From Minisyncoccota bacterium (GTDB lineage: Bacteria > Patescibacteriota > Minisyncoccia > Phycocordibacterales > UBA9973): a DNA stretch of 64,000 nt. The stretch is from positions 3,266-67,265 of the forward strand of contig JBAZYS010000003.1 in NCBI GenBank assembly GCA_041659205.1. The letters run 5' to 3'. Each line of letters begins with the position of its first letter. Position 1 is the stretch's first letter. Made by a program: the position numbers and the translations under genes. This document shows, one piece after another, positions 8,979-18,747 of the stretch. The notes beneath the pieces were generated by a model. That model saw only the letters and a program-made list of their open reading frames with translations. It was not told where the DNA came from and made no database searches.

Positions 8979-9305
8979 TTATTTTATAGAAGTAATTTTT
9001 ACCTTAAAGAATGGCTGACGATGACCGTTTCTCTTTAAATAACGAGACTTTTGTTTATATTTTATAACCATAACCTTTCGAGAACGGCCAATTTCCACGA
9101 TTTCAGCATCAACTTTTGCAGCTTTGATATAGGGTGTTCCGATAGTGGTATCTTTACCGTCATCTACAAGAAGAACCTTATCGAAGACAAGCTTGTCCCC
9201 TTTTTTGTATTCAACTCCGGTAGTCTTGATTTTCTCAATAGAAACAAGGCTCCCTTCAGAGACTTTGTATTGCTTACCGCCTGTTGTAATGACTGCGAAT
9301 TCCAT
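8979..9305 (-). CDS. rplU: 50S ribosomal protein L21
   Basis: FAVITTGGKQYKV...GHRQ motifs; start trimmed to MEFAV. Confidence 0.97.
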   Translation of the reverse strand: MEFAVITTGGKQYKVSEGSLVSIEKIKTTGVEYKKGDKLVFDKVLLVDDGKDTTIGTPYIKAAKVDAEIVEIGRSRKVMVIKYKQKSRYLKRNGHRQPFFKVKITSIK

Positions 9306-9406
9306 AAGTTCCATAATATACGATATTTCACAAAAACGCAAGCCCCGTCACTTATAAACATAAGCTATTTTGAGACGGGACAAGCATCTGCTACAATATT
9401 AGGTAT

Positions 9407-10414
9407 ATGCAACCAAAAATTATAGAGAAATATTTTTTCTTTGGGCTCTTAGCTGCTACTTTTATCTTTACTTTTCTAATTTTTCAGCCTTTTTGGATTG
9501 TGCTTGTTTTGGGTGTTTCATTCTCAATAATGCTTTATCCTGTCTATCAGTGGTTAAGTAGGAAGCATTTACCAAGCTGGCTAGCTGCTCTTATAACCTT
9601 AACTCTATTCATCTTAGTACTTTGTCTTCCACTTTTTGGAGTTATAACCATTGTCTTTAATCAATCTCAAGATCTTTATTATTCTATCGCAAACAATGGC
9701 AACACTTTCCCCTTAATAAGCTCAATTGGAAATAAAATAAATCATTTTTTGCCAAATGGAATATATTTTGACATAAATGAAAAAGTTTCTGGCTTTATTT
9801 CCTTCTTAACAAATAATTTGGCGAATATATTTAGTGCCACACTTTCTGTTTTGTTCTCTTTTGTTTTAATGCTCTTAACTATTTTCTATTTTTTGAAAGA
9901 TGGAGAAATGTGGAGAAAAGCATTATTAAAATTTAGTCCACTCTCCGACTCTGATGATGAAAAAATAATTGGCAGACTTTCACAGACAATTAATGAAGTG
10001 ATGAAAGGAACTCTTTTTATTGCTATCATTCAAGGCATATTGATGAGCATTGGCCTCACAATCTTCGGTGTCCAAAATGCAGCTATCTGGGGTGTAGTCG
10101 CAGCAATCACTTCCCTCATACCATCCGTAGGGACAGCGATGGTCTCTGTCCCGGCAATTATTTTCCTTTTCATGACTGGGCACATCGTCCCAGCCTTTGG
10201 TCTTACTATCTGGTCCACAATAGTGGTGGGCACAATAGACAATTTCCTAACTCCATATATCATTGGAAATAAAATTAAAATTCCTCCATTCTTGATTCTT
10301 TTTTCAGTTCTAGGTGGTATCGCCCTTCTTGGACCCGTTGGTATTTTAATTGGTCCCCTTGCAGTTAGTTTGCTATATACTCTAACTGAAATATACCAGA
10401 GCGAATTTAAATAA
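9407..10414 (+). CDS. AI-2E (PerM) family transporter
   Basis: FYFLKDG, IDNFLTPYIIG and GGIALLGPVGILIGP motifs. Confidence 0.92.
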   Translation: MQPKIIEKYFFFGLLAATFIFTFLIFQPFWIVLVLGVSFSIMLYPVYQWLSRKHLPSWLAALITLTLFILVLCLPLFGVITIVFNQSQDLYYSIANNGNTFPLISSIGNKINHFLPNGIYFDINEKVSGFISFLTNNLANIFSATLSVLFSFVLMLLTIFYFLKDGEMWRKALLKFSPLSDSDDEKIIGRLSQTINEVMKGTLFIAIIQGILMSIGLTIFGVQNAAIWGVVAAITSLIPSVGTAMVSVPAIIFLFMTGHIVPAFGLTIWSTIVVGTIDNFLTPYIIGNKIKIPPFLILFSVLGGIALLGPVGILIGPLAVSLLYTLTEIYQSEFK

Positions 10415-10415
10415 A

Positions 10416-11813
10416 ATGGCTTTAAAATTCTACAATACTTTAACTAAAGAAAAGGATATCTTCTCCCCAATCGACCCAAAAGAAGTTCGAGTGTATACCT
10501 GCGGCCCAACGGTTTATAACTATACCCATATAGGTAATTTGCGTTCTTTCTTTTTTGCAGACTTGGTACGTCGCACTCTCCAATATAGTGGATTTAAAGT
10601 AAAGCAAGTAATGAATATTACTGACATAGGACACCTTTCTAGTGATGCTGATTCTGGTGAAGATAAAATGACAAAAGGACTTTTGAGAGAAGGAAAAGAA
10701 TTAACACTAAAAAATATGCGCGAGCTTGCAGAATTTTACACAGCAAGTTTTAAAAAAGATTTACAAGCCCTTAATATTGAAATGCCTTCAGGTTTATATT
10801 TTGCAAGTGACTATGTTAAAGAAGATATTGAATTAATCCATAAACTAACAGAAAAAGGATACACATATAAAACAAATGATGGGATATATTTCAATGTTTC
10901 TAAAATGCCTGACTATGGAGCACTTTGGGCTGGGAAAAGAGATTGGAATAAAGAAGGAGCAAGAGTAATAGAAAATTCTGAAAAAATAAATCCTGAAGAT
11001 TTCGCATTGTGGAAGACTGATAATAAAATCGGTTTCGAATCCCCTTTCGGAATTGGTTTTCCTGGTTGGCACATAGAATGCTCTGCGATGGGATTAAAAT
11101 TTCTTGGTGAACAATTCGATATTCACACAGGAGGCATTGATCTTATACCTACACATCATACAAATGAAATAGCTCAATCAGAATGCGCCACTGGTAAAAA
11201 GCCTTTTGTTAAATTCTGGATGCACAGTGAATTTGTTGATACGGGTAATGAGAAAATGTCTAAATCTACAAATAATTTTTTAAGATTGGATAGTTTAATT
11301 GAAAAAAATATAAATCCTATAACCTATCGTTTTTGGCTTTTAATGGCCAGCTATCGTACTAAAGTCAACTTTGTATGGGAAGCACTCGAGGGCGCAGAAA
11401 CAGCCTTAAAACGCCTTTATGCCCTTTATTTAGGCCTCGGAAATGAAGTTGGCCAGCCTGCGCAGTCAGGGCATGTCCACATGGAATACCAGAATAAGTT
11501 TAAAGAATACATGGAAGATGACCTAGATACCCCACGGGCGTTAGCATTATTGTGGGATGTTTTTAAAGATGGAAATATGTCTGATGCTGACAAGAAAGCT
11601 ACAATTTTAGACTTCGATAAAGTGTTAGGGTTAGGCTTCGAACACTTAAAGGAAGACGTAATTCCTGAAGAAGTAAATAAACTAGCCGAGGAACGCGAAC
11701 AAGCTCGCAAGGATAAAGATTTTAAAAAGTCCGATGAGCTTCGAGAAAAAATAAATTCTCTTGGCTATGAAGTTAAGGATACAAACATGGGGCAAAAGAT
11801 TTCTAAAATTTAA
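10416..11813 (+). CDS. cysS: Cysteinyl-tRNA synthetase
   Basis: CGPTVY, HIGN, PGWHIECSAM and KMSKS motifs. Confidence 0.98.
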   Translation: MALKFYNTLTKEKDIFSPIDPKEVRVYTCGPTVYNYTHIGNLRSFFFADLVRRTLQYSGFKVKQVMNITDIGHLSSDADSGEDKMTKGLLREGKELTLKNMRELAEFYTASFKKDLQALNIEMPSGLYFASDYVKEDIELIHKLTEKGYTYKTNDGIYFNVSKMPDYGALWAGKRDWNKEGARVIENSEKINPEDFALWKTDNKIGFESPFGIGFPGWHIECSAMGLKFLGEQFDIHTGGIDLIPTHHTNEIAQSECATGKKPFVKFWMHSEFVDTGNEKMSKSTNNFLRLDSLIEKNINPITYRFWLLMASYRTKVNFVWEALEGAETALKRLYALYLGLGNEVGQPAQSGHVHMEYQNKFKEYMEDDLDTPRALALLWDVFKDGNMSDADKKATILDFDKVLGLGFEHLKEDVIPEEVNKLAEEREQARKDKDFKKSDELREKINSLGYEVKDTNMGQKISKI

Positions 11814-12835
11814 AAAGGTTGTTGTTGAGTAATACAGTGCAACGCTCCACCACCATAAATAATATCTCGACAATCTGTGCCAATAATTTTATGATCTGGG
11901 AAACAAGATTTGATAATCTCAAAAGCTCTTTTATCATTTGCATCATTAAAGGTTGGAACCAATACAACTTTATTACTAATATAAAAATTAGCATATGATA
12001 CAGGAGCCTTAGTTCCATCATCATAATTCATATGGGGCATAGGTAACTTAATAATTTCAAAAGAAAGCTTGCTTAAAATTTCATAATTCTCTTTTAGGAT
12101 TTCATAATTTTCATCTAGCGTATCGTCTTCGTAACAAGTTAAAATTTTACCAGGTGCAACAAAACGGGTAATATCATCCACGTGCCCATCAGTATGGTCG
12201 TTAGTTAATCCTCGCTTAAGCCAAATTATTTTTTTTACACCAAAATATTTCTTCAAATTTTTTTCAATTTGTTCTTTAGTTAAATTTGGATTACGGTTTG
12301 AATTAAGCAAACATTGTTCTGTGGTAATCAAATTTCCCTGTCCATCTACTTCAATTGATCCACCTTCCAAAACCATTTTTAAATTGAATTTTTCCCCAAT
12401 AGGTGTAATTGAATTAAATACATCATTATCTTTAAGCAAATCAGCATAAAAAGGATCTGTGGCTTTACCGTAAGCGTTATATTCGGCTTTTATCCAAGCT
12501 AAAGAATTATCTATACCGTATAGAAACACAGGTCCATAGTCACGAATCCAAACATCCGCATAATTTGAAACATGAAAATTTACTTGGCTTAAATCTATCC
12601 TTAGATTAGAAAAAATATCCTTAACACGATTTTTTGTCTTTTCATCCAATACCAACAATTCAATTTTTTCAGTTTCAGTAAGTACTTTTATGATTTCACA
12701 ATATTTTTCCTCTACAATAGCGACACGTTTAGGAAAAGTAGTCTCATCATAAGGCCAGGCAAGCCAAGTAGCAGAATGTTTTTCCCATTCTGCCGGCATT
12801 ATAAAATTATTTTCTACTTGTTTACTACTTGGCAT
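11810..12835 (-). CDS. aguA: Agmatine deiminase
   Basis: MPAEWE, WIRDYGP, LEGGS, DHTDGHVD and GGGALHCITQQQP motifs. Confidence 0.95.
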   Translation of the reverse strand: MPSSKQVENNFIMPAEWEKHSATWLAWPYDETTFPKRVAIVEEKYCEIIKVLTETEKIELLVLDEKTKNRVKDIFSNLRIDLSQVNFHVSNYADVWIRDYGPVFLYGIDNSLAWIKAEYNAYGKATDPFYADLLKDNDVFNSITPIGEKFNLKMVLEGGSIEVDGQGNLITTEQCLLNSNRNPNLTKEQIEKNLKKYFGVKKIIWLKRGLTNDHTDGHVDDITRFVAPGKILTCYEDDTLDENYEILKENYEILSKLSFEIIKLPMPHMNYDDGTKAPVSYANFYISNKVVLVPTFNDANDKRAFEIIKSCFPDHKIIGTDCRDIIYGGGALHCITQQQPF

Positions 12836-12838
12836 TTT

Positions 12839-13702
12839 TTAAATAAGTGAATTGTAGGAATCTCTGCGACGATTTCTCATAAAACCCCACTCTTTTTCTA
12901 TAATTTTATTACTAGTTATATCAATTTTAGAAATTAAAACTTCATCTTTTGACATTCCTGCCCTTTTAATTATTTTGCCAAAAGCATCGGAAATAAAGGA
13001 CTGTCCCCAAAATTTTAATTTATCCTCCACTCCTGTCCTATTTACAGCGACGACATGTAAACTATTCGCTATCGCATGCCCACGCATTACTGTCTCCCAT
13101 GCATTATGCCAATCTCCTTCTTTTTGTTGTTCTCCTTTTATAATTCCAATTGCAGTAGGATAAAAAATAATATCAGCTCCGGCAAGCTTTACTGCACGTG
13201 CTGCTTCTGGAAACCATTGATCATAACAAATAAGAACTGCGAAAATGGCGTATTTAGTCTTATAAATTTTGTACCCGCCATCACTTTCTTTAAAATAATT
13301 TTTCTCATAAAAAAGAGGGTCTTGAGGTATGTGAATCTTTCTGTAAGTTGGCATTAATTTTCCATCAGTATTTATTACCACCGCTGAGTTATGAAAATGC
13401 CCTATTTTATCTTTCTCAAAGATTGGTACAATGATTACCACTTCATATTTCTTTGCAATTAAAGAAAACATTTTAGTTGATTCACCTGGAATTGTTTCCG
13501 AAAAATCATCTTTTTTTGCATTTTTATATTGAGGAAAATATATGGTTCTATAAAGCTCTTGCAGGCAAATAATCTGGGCACCTTTTTTCGCTGCCTGTTC
13601 TACTAGTTTTACAGTCTTTAGCAGATTAAAATTCATGTCTTTAGACACGGAAGTTTGAATCGCAGCAATTGTAACAAATTTATTTTTCATTTTGTTGGTC
13701 AT
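12839..13702 (-). CDS. aguB: N-carbamoylputrescine amidase (carbon-nitrogen hydrolase)
   Basis: LQEL, YRKIHIP and ICYDQWFPE give the nitrilase triad; adjacent to aguA. Confidence 0.9.
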   Translation of the reverse strand: MTNKMKNKFVTIAAIQTSVSKDMNFNLLKTVKLVEQAAKKGAQIICLQELYRTIYFPQYKNAKKDDFSETIPGESTKMFSLIAKKYEVVIIVPIFEKDKIGHFHNSAVVINTDGKLMPTYRKIHIPQDPLFYEKNYFKESDGGYKIYKTKYAIFAVLICYDQWFPEAARAVKLAGADIIFYPTAIGIIKGEQQKEGDWHNAWETVMRGHAIANSLHVVAVNRTGVEDKLKFWGQSFISDAFGKIIKRAGMSKDEVLISKIDITSNKIIEKEWGFMRNRRRDSYNSLI

Positions 13703-14291
13703 TGTTGAAATATAACATATTTACAATTATTTTACGATATAAGATAAAAATTATAATTACATTTACTATAACCAAATATAGACTAAAACTATAAATAGTA
13801 AAACTCCAATCCTTAATTATGAACAAGGCTAAAACATTATTTATAACACCCGGTAAATAAACTGATACTGTTTCGGTCTCTGGAAATTTCCAGGATTTTA
13901 CAATTGTTGGCACTGAGGCTAAACCATCACTCAAAATTGCAAAAAGGATAGATATTCCTAAATTGTGAGTAAGTGTATAAAGTACTAAAGCTAACAATGC
14001 AAATATTCCGCAAAATATATCTAAATTAGTAATTTTGAAATAAGCATTTTTTTTCCAAAAGGAAACGATTATTACCACAAGAGGACCAAATCCTGCCATA
14101 AATATAGGTAACACCGAGAGTCCTGCTCCAGCTTTTAATTGAAAGAATGCTCCGATAAAAGGAGCCAGCATCCAAATAAACCAAGAGACTAGATTGGGTC
14201 TAGTCTGTCCAAAAAGCATATCCTTTAAATAAAAGAAATATCCGAGTAGGCTTATAAGAATCGTAATGTAAATTATATTTTCGGGAATCAT
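13680..14291 (-). CDS. Multi-pass membrane hypothetical protein
   Basis: 6-7 TM segments with TRPNLVSWFIW and PTIVKSWKFPETE motifs; the start is uncertain. Confidence 0.75.
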   Translation of the reverse strand: MIPENIIYITILISLLGYFFYLKDMLFGQTRPNLVSWFIWMLAPFIGAFFQLKAGAGLSVLPIFMAGFGPLVVIIVSFWKKNAYFKITNLDIFCGIFALLALVLYTLTHNLGISILFAILSDGLASVPTIVKSWKFPETETVSVYLPGVINNVLALFIIKDWSFTIYSFSLYLVIVNVIIIFILYRKIIVNMLYFNNDQQNEK

Positions 14292-14296
14292 ATTAT

Positions 14297-16000
14297 TTAA
14301 TAAACCTCTTGTTGGTAACACTTCTCACAATACACTACTTCTGGTCGATCAGGGGCATAGGAGGTTCTAATTGATTTACCGCATTTCATACATTCGCGGT
14401 CATATAATTTTGGCATTTGAAGTTTCTCAAAACGAGACTGTTCTCTACATTTCAAACACCTATCAGGAAGTGGTATGTTCATCTTACGAAGAAGATCGAA
14501 TTCTAAGCCAGAAATTTTATATCTTCTATCACAATTTAGACAAGAAATCACTTCCTTTAAAATAGAATCATTTACCTCCGTAATGGTTTCTGGCAAAGTA
14601 CTACCAGAAATTGTTGCCTCAACCTGCTGTTCTATTTCGTCATTCCAAGAATACCCGCATTTTAATGCTTCTTCCTTTGTCTTGGTGAAGAATTTATGAG
14701 CATTAGAATTATTATAGGCGAATTTACTAAATCCTGGTTGAAAAAATTCTCCATAAGGCCAAGACCTACCCAATTCATCTATATACGGATTATTTTTCAT
14801 ATCTTCAATAATTTGTTCCTTTAGTTTTAAATATACTTCTTTTGTATATTGTTTATTTAAAATACTATAGCCTTTTCTTTTTAAACTTGAACAACCAAAA
14901 TTATTTTTTGATTCTATGCACCATAAACAATACTCGGAGTTCACCACATCAGGGAAACAATAGGTAGAAAATTTGGAATTACTAACATTGTTACCAAGGG
15001 CTGTTGATTCATAAATAAGTTCTGCTACATGACCCCAGCCAGAATAATCCATACAATCGGCTATTGGTGACACTGTTATAAATTGACACCATTTACTGTT
15101 TTCTGCCTTACTTGCAATATAAATTTCTTTTGAATTCTTAGAATTAAATACATACTCTCCAGTAACATTTAAATTTAAGGAATGCCCAGTATAAAATCTA
15201 TAAGGATGTTCCAACCAAAATTTTTCAGCTTCTTTTCTAACTTTTTTAATACCCGAACGTGTATCTAGTTTTAGTTCTTTTAATTTTTTAAAATATTCCT
15301 CTTTAGAATATTGAGCATTGAATATCTTATAAGAAGACCCACTCAAGTTCACACACCCAACACAATTCATGCATCCGTAACAATTGCGAGAAAACCACAC
15401 TTCCGTACAGGCATCACATTCTTGGGAATAAAAAACACGATAACAATCATTTTGTCCAATACTCTCATAGCAAAGCTCTGATTTAAATATTCTAAGCGAA
15501 TCAGCTGTATCCTTTACTGTATTTAGAAAAGAAGAGTTACAAACATTTTCACAATAATCTGCCCAAATTGTCATAATACAATTTTTTGAAAAGGCGAGCG
15601 AGTTGCTGTAATCACAATTATTTAATGTAAGATATTCAGTTTCAAGGGCAGTTTGTGGAGTTTTTTCTGTAAGTTCTTTTAATTGAGCTAAAAATGGCCT
15701 ATTGGGATCATAATCCATAGCGTATTCTGTTCCGTCCCAACTATCTCCCCACCAACAAGGCTGACAATAAACGGTGATTTTTTGTGAAGGTGAATATATA
15801 GAAAGTGTTCTTTTTCCACACTTATCGCAATTTCTATAAAAAAGAGACCAAGCGTTCATACAGGCTAAACGCCTAATCATCCTACACTCTCCACACCAAG
15901 TTGGCGGTGGAACTTTTATCTTTTCATAAAAATTAAAATCTTCGACTTCTATCGTGAAGTCTTTTTTGCAATTCTGGCAACTTTTTATTTCTGCTTTCAT
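14297..16000 (-). CDS. Large Cys-rich repeat protein, paralog 1
   Basis: N-terminal CxxC...PPTWCxxC...CxxC...YCxxCW, central CxxCxxC repeats, C-terminal CxxC...VYCEKCYQQEVY. Confidence 0.85.
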   Translation of the reverse strand: MKAEIKSCQNCKKDFTIEVEDFNFYEKIKVPPPTWCGECRMIRRLACMNAWSLFYRNCDKCGKRTLSIYSPSQKITVYCQPCWWGDSWDGTEYAMDYDPNRPFLAQLKELTEKTPQTALETEYLTLNNCDYSNSLAFSKNCIMTIWADYCENVCNSSFLNTVKDTADSLRIFKSELCYESIGQNDCYRVFYSQECDACTEVWFSRNCYGCMNCVGCVNLSGSSYKIFNAQYSKEEYFKKLKELKLDTRSGIKKVRKEAEKFWLEHPYRFYTGHSLNLNVTGEYVFNSKNSKEIYIASKAENSKWCQFITVSPIADCMDYSGWGHVAELIYESTALGNNVSNSKFSTYCFPDVVNSEYCLWCIESKNNFGCSSLKRKGYSILNKQYTKEVYLKLKEQIIEDMKNNPYIDELGRSWPYGEFFQPGFSKFAYNNSNAHKFFTKTKEEALKCGYSWNDEIEQQVEATISGSTLPETITEVNDSILKEVISCLNCDRRYKISGLEFDLLRKMNIPLPDRCLKCREQSRFEKLQMPKLYDRECMKCGKSIRTSYAPDRPEVVYCEKCYQQEVY

Positions 16001-16003
16001 GTT

Positions 16004-16319
16004 CCCGGAAGTGAGTTTTTAGATTGTTAAATTTTCGACTCGTTTTTTATATACTCTATAATTCTTCTTCTAAACATTCTTCTTCCTGTGCTTGTTTTTA
16101 AATACTTTTCGCGACGTTTAGCATCATTTTCGTTTAAACAAGCTTCGTAATATATCAATTTCCATGGTATATATCTTTTAGTCGAAAAATTTAACCCTTG
16201 ATTATGTTCTTTCAACCTACGCTTAAGATCTTTTGTATAACCAAAGTATAACTCATTATATGTTTTACTTTCTAAACAATAAATATAGAACATAATTTAT
16301 CTAAAAATCTACTTCCGGG
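16004..16319 (-). mobile_element. Inverted-repeat-bounded mini element carrying a GIY-YIG gene
   Basis: Arms CCCGGAAGTGAGTTTTTAGAT (16004-16024) and ATCTAAAAATCTACTTCCGGG (16299-16319) lie within 2-5 nt of the ORF ends. Confidence 0.7.
16027..16293 (-). CDS. Small GIY-YIG nuclease (UPF0213/SLX1-like)
   Basis: FYIYCL...LYFGYTKDLKRRLKEHN...WKLIYYE...AKRREKYLK. Confidence 0.93.
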   Translation of the reverse strand: MFYIYCLESKTYNELYFGYTKDLKRRLKEHNQGLNFSTKRYIPWKLIYYEACLNENDAKRREKYLKTSTGRRMFRRRIIEYIKNESKI

Positions 16320-16320
16320 T

Positions 16321-17193
16321 TCATATCCCTTCTTTTTTCAACTCTTCCAAGAGTTCACGGGCTTTTTTAGAAATCTTACTAGGTATTTTTACTCTTATTC
16401 TTATGAGGAGGTTTCCAGTAGTTCCTCTCGAGGCCGCTTCCCCATAGCCTGTCATCTGAACAGTTTCTCCGTCTCTTATCCCGGCAGGAATATTTATTGA
16501 GACTTCTTCTTCACGACGAAGTACTCCTTTGCCTTTACATGTTTCGCATTTTTCTTTTGGCACTTCTCCTGCACCAAAACAAACTTCACAAGCTCTTGTG
16601 CTTCCAATGTTTCCAAAGATTGTTCTCTTTTGTTCGTGAATTTTACCTTGACCATTGCAATGTTTACAGGTTTCCATTTTAGAACCAGCTTTTGCCCCAG
16701 AGCCCTTACAAGTTAGACAAGTCGAGAGTTTAGTAAGTAAAATCTTCTTATTTACACCCAAGATAGAATCAGTAAGTAAAATTTGTATTTCAGTAGATAT
16801 GTCTCTGCCTCTTTTTGGCTGTGGCCTACCCCCACCCATGCCTCCACCACCTCCAAAAAAATCACTGAATATGTCATTCAAATTTCCGAAATCAAAATCA
16901 GCACTCTGATAAGCCCCTCCACCATTAAAATCAAAACCTCCGAAGCCTTGCGCACCTCCTCCATATCCGCCCGCTCCTGCACTTTCAAAGCCTGAACCAT
17001 ATTGGTCGTATTTTGAACGCTTAGCATCATCAGAAAGGACTTGATAAGCTTCATTCACTTTCTTAAACTCAACCTCATTACCTCCCTTTTTATCAGGGTG
17101 ATGTTTGTGCGCCAACTTATAAAAGGCCTTTTTAATTTCGTCTTTTGACGCACCTTTATTAACGCCTAAAATTTCATAATAATCCTTGCTCAT
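16321..17193 (-). CDS. dnaJ: DnaJ chaperone (shortened)
   Basis: J domain with HPD, G/F-rich region, four CxxCxGxG repeats, short C-terminus. Confidence 0.95.
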   Translation of the reverse strand: MSKDYYEILGVNKGASKDEIKKAFYKLAHKHHPDKKGGNEVEFKKVNEAYQVLSDDAKRSKYDQYGSGFESAGAGGYGGGAQGFGGFDFNGGGAYQSADFDFGNLNDIFSDFFGGGGGMGGGRPQPKRGRDISTEIQILLTDSILGVNKKILLTKLSTCLTCKGSGAKAGSKMETCKHCNGQGKIHEQKRTIFGNIGSTRACEVCFGAGEVPKEKCETCKGKGVLRREEEVSINIPAGIRDGETVQMTGYGEAASRGTTGNLLIRIRVKIPSKISKKARELLEELKKEGI

Positions 17194-17202
17194 AAAGAAA
17201 AA

Positions 17203-18684
17203 CTATATCATGGGCTCCCCTTCTTGGGAAGCATTTATTTCATCATTTTCATTATCATTTTTTTCTTGTTCTTTTCTTTTATTTCTTCCTTCAATTATTG
17301 CTTTTTCTTCTACGCTTCGAATAATTGTGGCTTCTTCTTCGGCAATAAGCTTCGCTGCATCGTCCTTCGGTATTGAATATTTTCTGCGGGATGCGTCTAT
17401 AATCTCTTGCCTATACGAAGGATGGGTAGGTGCTAATACTCGAAGAGTCTCTGCAGAAAATGGGTCATAAGATTCCCCATCAATTGTCATTTTTATGTAA
17501 AATTCTGCAACTGCAAGATTTATCATATCTTTTACGTCGAAAACAGGCGCGAATTCCGGCTTTAATTTTACAGCATCCTCACCTCCAACACGGAAACAAA
17601 TCACACTTCCGACATTTCCAAGCACAGCCTGATAAACTTTGGGTATAATCTGTCCCACATATTGATGAGCAATTGTTAAATTCAATCCATACTTTCTAGC
17701 TTCAGATAAAATATTTTCAAAGGTTTGGGTAACGACATTTTGGAACTCATCCACATATAGATAAAAATCGGTGCGGTCTTTCTCCGGTATTGCTGCGCGC
17801 TCCATTCCGGCTTGTTTTATTTTCGTCAAAAATATAGAACCAAGGAAAGAAGAATTTTCTTCACCGAGCCTACCCTTAGAAAGATTAATAAAAATTATTT
17901 TTCCTTCATTCATTAATTTACTAATATCTATTTTATTTTGTTTCTGGCCGAAAATATTTCGAAGCAGTGGGTCAGAGAGGAATTGACCAAGCTTATTAAC
18001 GAGCGGAATAATGGCATCTGTGTCGAATTTCTCAGACCAGTCAGCGAATTCAATAGCGAAGAATCTCTTCACCATGTCATCTGTAATGTACTCCACTACT
18101 TTCTGTCTGTAATTTCTATCAGTTAACATTGAAATCATCCCACGCATTGTGGCATGAGGATAATCCAGGAGTGCTAGACAAGTAAAACGAAAAACGTGTT
18201 CGAGACGAGGTGTCCAGTTTGCTCCGAATTGTTTCTGGAAAACTTCGATGAGCCCTTGAGTAAGTTGAAACTTAAACATTGGGTCAACATTTGCAAGTGG
18301 ATTAAAGGATGCGGGAAAATCGATATCTGCAGGGTCGATAATGCAAACATCTTCAATGCGTTCCTTCGGAATATAGTCGAGCATTGCATCTATCACGTCA
18401 CCGTGGGGGTCAATCAAACACAAGCCATGACCATACGACACATCTTGGCGTATGAAAAGTTCAAGAAGTTTTGTTTTACCGACGCCCGACTTGCCTATTA
18501 TGTATAAATGCCTTCGGCGGTCTACTCGCTTAATACCGAAAACAAATTTCTTTTCTTCCAGAGAAGCTACGTAGTTCGTTCGTCCAATAAAAGACACGTC
18601 TTCTGGCTTTACCTTTCCGAAGACTGGCAATTCTGGTGGCGGCGGAGCATATTTTATTATTTGTACTCGATTAGGCTTTGCCAT
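17203..18684 (-). CDS. VirB4/VirD4-like (HerA/FtsK superfamily) ATPase
   Basis: GKSGVGKT Walker A, IDPHGD, LYVDEFQN and SEARKY; start inferred at MAKPNR. Confidence 0.88.
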   Translation of the reverse strand: MAKPNRVQIIKYAPPPPELPVFGKVKPEDVSFIGRTNYVASLEEKKFVFGIKRVDRRRHLYIIGKSGVGKTKLLELFIRQDVSYGHGLCLIDPHGDVIDAMLDYIPKERIEDVCIIDPADIDFPASFNPLANVDPMFKFQLTQGLIEVFQKQFGANWTPRLEHVFRFTCLALLDYPHATMRGMISMLTDRNYRQKVVEYITDDMVKRFFAIEFADWSEKFDTDAIIPLVNKLGQFLSDPLLRNIFGQKQNKIDISKLMNEGKIIFINLSKGRLGEENSSFLGSIFLTKIKQAGMERAAIPEKDRTDFYLYVDEFQNVVTQTFENILSEARKYGLNLTIAHQYVGQIIPKVYQAVLGNVGSVICFRVGGEDAVKLKPEFAPVFDVKDMINLAVAEFYIKMTIDGESYDPFSAETLRVLAPTHPSYRQEIIDASRRKYSIPKDDAAKLIAEEEATIIRSVEEKAIIEGRNKRKEQEKNDNENDEINASQEGEPMI

Positions 18685-18747
18685 ATATTCCTTTATTTTA
18701 CTACAATTTTCCCCTACTTTCAATTCGGACGCAGGGCGTCCAAAACG

